Shown one piece after another: positions 62,545-64,000 of a stretch of DNA of 64,000 nucleotides. The stretch spans positions 1 to 64,000 of the IMG/VR virus record IMGVR_UViG_3300021520_000002. One strand, written 5' to 3'. Made by a program: the position numbers and the translations under genes. The notes below the pieces were generated by a model. That model did no database searches. It was not told where the DNA came from and saw nothing but the letters and a program-made list of their open reading frames with translations. Numbering within the stretch: the stretch's first letter is position 1; each line of letters begins with the position of its first letter.

Positions 62545-63948
62545 ATGGCAAGAAAAAAAGAAGATACAAATAGAAGCGCAACTAATAGTTTTGATTCATC
62601 TTCATTTGAAGATGCATCAACAGAACAAGCTGAAAAGTTAGGAACAGCATTTGAAAGTATAATTACAAGTAAGTATGGTTTTGCAAGAGCACCGGAACCA
62701 TATCTAACTCCATTTGGTATTCAGCATCTTGATACATTAATTGGTGGAGGAATAACATCTTCTGCTCCAGTTATGTTAACATCAACACCTGAAACTGGAA
62801 AGAGTACTTTAGCATTTCAACTTTCATCTATATTTCAAATATTGTATCCTAATTCAATGGTTGTTTATTTAGATATTGAAACAGCTGCTAATAAATCAAA
62901 TAAGAATAATGCAATGTCAAGAGTTAATATATTTAAAATTGATGAGAAGAGATTTAGATATGAACCTTTGGTTATTAATATAAATCAGTTGTTTGAATTG
63001 ATTGAACAATTATGTGCTGTTAAACAGTTGTTTGAAGAGAAATCTCAGAAAGAGTTTAAAGTGTTAATTATTTGGGATAGTATAGCGGCAACTCCATCTT
63101 CTAAAGTTGAAGATGCAGAAGATCCGAATAAAATTATTGGTGTTAAAGCACGTCAGCTTACATTCGCTCTCGAGAAATATTTGCCGATGATGGCATTCAA
63201 TAGAATAACATTTCTAGCTATTGATCAGGTTCGTGCAAATCTTAATATTGATCCTTATGCTCAAAAAGAAAAATCTGTTGGAGTATTTAAAGACTATCGT
63301 GCCGCTACATCTATATCTGCATTAAATCATAGAGTTGCTCAATGGTTATTTTTATCCAGAAAAGCAGCTATTACACCAGATGATGGATTAGGCATTAATG
63401 GTTGGTATATGAGTATGTATGTTGAGAAGAATAAAATTGCTCCATCTCAGGAAGCTATTACTTGTGTTTTTGATAAGAGAAATGGTCTTCATAAATTTTG
63501 GAGTGAGTATACATTTCTTAGTGAGATGATGCCATCTGAAAAGAAGTATTATAAAACTGAAGATAAAATACCATTTCCATTATCTATTAAAAAATCTGGT
63601 CCTCAAGTATATCTTGAATTTATAGATCCAACATCAGGAAGTGTTGCATACACATCTGAAAAAATGTATAAGAAGAATATGAATAAAGCTTATATTGAAG
63701 ATAGTACTTTTAGACAAGCTTTTGATTATGTAACAAGTATGGCTGTTGAACTTAGAATTAGACAAGGACTTTTTAGGGAAAGTGAAACTGCTATTAATAT
63801 AAGTTCTGAAGTAATTGAAGAATTTGAAGCTGAAAGTCTTTCAGATGATAATTTTGATAAACCAAAAATTTCAGTTGCTGAACAAGTTGCCGCTACAATA
63901 CCTTCTATCGATGGAGAACAAGAAGCTACTTATGAATCAATATTTTAA
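62545..63948 (+). CDS. uvsX: RecA/UvsX-like recombinase
   Basis: LDTLIGGGI, Walker A STPETGKST, YLDIE, Walker B IIWDSIAA, IDQVR, KNKIAP. Confidence 0.8.
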   Translation: MARKKEDTNRSATNSFDSSSFEDASTEQAEKLGTAFESIITSKYGFARAPEPYLTPFGIQHLDTLIGGGITSSAPVMLTSTPETGKSTLAFQLSSIFQILYPNSMVVYLDIETAANKSNKNNAMSRVNIFKIDEKRFRYEPLVININQLFELIEQLCAVKQLFEEKSQKEFKVLIIWDSIAATPSSKVEDAEDPNKIIGVKARQLTFALEKYLPMMAFNRITFLAIDQVRANLNIDPYAQKEKSVGVFKDYRAATSISALNHRVAQWLFLSRKAAITPDDGLGINGWYMSMYVEKNKIAPSQEAITCVFDKRNGLHKFWSEYTFLSEMMPSEKKYYKTEDKIPFPLSIKKSGPQVYLEFIDPTSGSVAYTSEKMYKKNMNKAYIEDSTFRQAFDYVTSMAVELRIRQGLFRESETAINISSEVIEEFEAESLSDDNFDKPKISVAEQVAATIPSIDGEQEATYESIF

Positions 63949-64000
63949 TATTGGAGACTATTATGGATGTTAGATTTTTAAAAGAGATTAGTGAAGCGTA

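Larger units (their letters stand above)
1091..63894. repeat. Dispersed over-represented motif TTGCCGnT / AnCGGCAA
   Basis: About 61 TTGCCG/CGGCAA hexamers counted by eye, about 56 of them extending to TTGCCGnT; both orientations, inside and between genes. Confidence 0.8.

Noticed and set aside
1091-63894. TTGCCGnT motif as a Chi site (the AGCGG subset) or a codon artefact
   Set aside because: AGCGG covers only one variant, the motif is not strand-polarised, and it occurs in several reading frames and in intergenic DNA.
1-64000. Alternative genetic code (stop-codon reassignment as in some large phages)
   Set aside because: Long genes are intact in code 11, and TAG, TGA and TAA all terminate genes just before the next RBS.
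1-64000. tRNA, rRNA or structured ncRNA genes
   Set aside because: Intergenic gaps are short and none showed recognisable tRNA arms; a covariance search was not possible.

Overview
AT-rich (roughly 30% GC by eye), gene-dense segment of a large tailed-phage genome, probably a jumbo myovirus with distant T4-like genes: a gp53-like wedge, a gp5/gpV-like spike and a UvsX/RecA. It uses the standard genetic code. Almost all genes are on the + strand; the exception is one inverted AAA-ATPase/vWA-metallopeptidase pair. Contents in order: fibre and decoration genes with Gly-Ser-Thr (G-x-x) repeats; a 5-copy paralog array; LamG-like proteins; a 7-PAS protein with no output domain next to a dispersed lysis cluster; methyltransferases and two Aah/TibC-like (BAHT) glycosyltransferases; split LigD polymerase and phosphoesterase domains; a pyruvoyl arginine decarboxylase; HNH and PD-(D/E)XK nucleases; five fibre paralogs sharing an 'MNxPPYG' N-terminal domain; and many small orphan genes. 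Three unexplained systems stand out. (1) About 29 otherwise unrelated proteins, including both LigD domains, share an N-terminal M-[IVLM]-S-[IVLM]...E leader that resembles a capsid-targeting and prohead-protease signal. (2) BAHT-type protein O-glycosyltransferases sit beside Ser/Thr-rich G-x-x fibres, suggesting a virion glycosylation system with a GTS(G) sequon. (3) A dispersed motif, TTGCCGnT/AnCGGCAA, occurs about once per kb in both orientations and also forms intergenic hairpins. All functional calls come from motif recognition by eye; no database searches were run.
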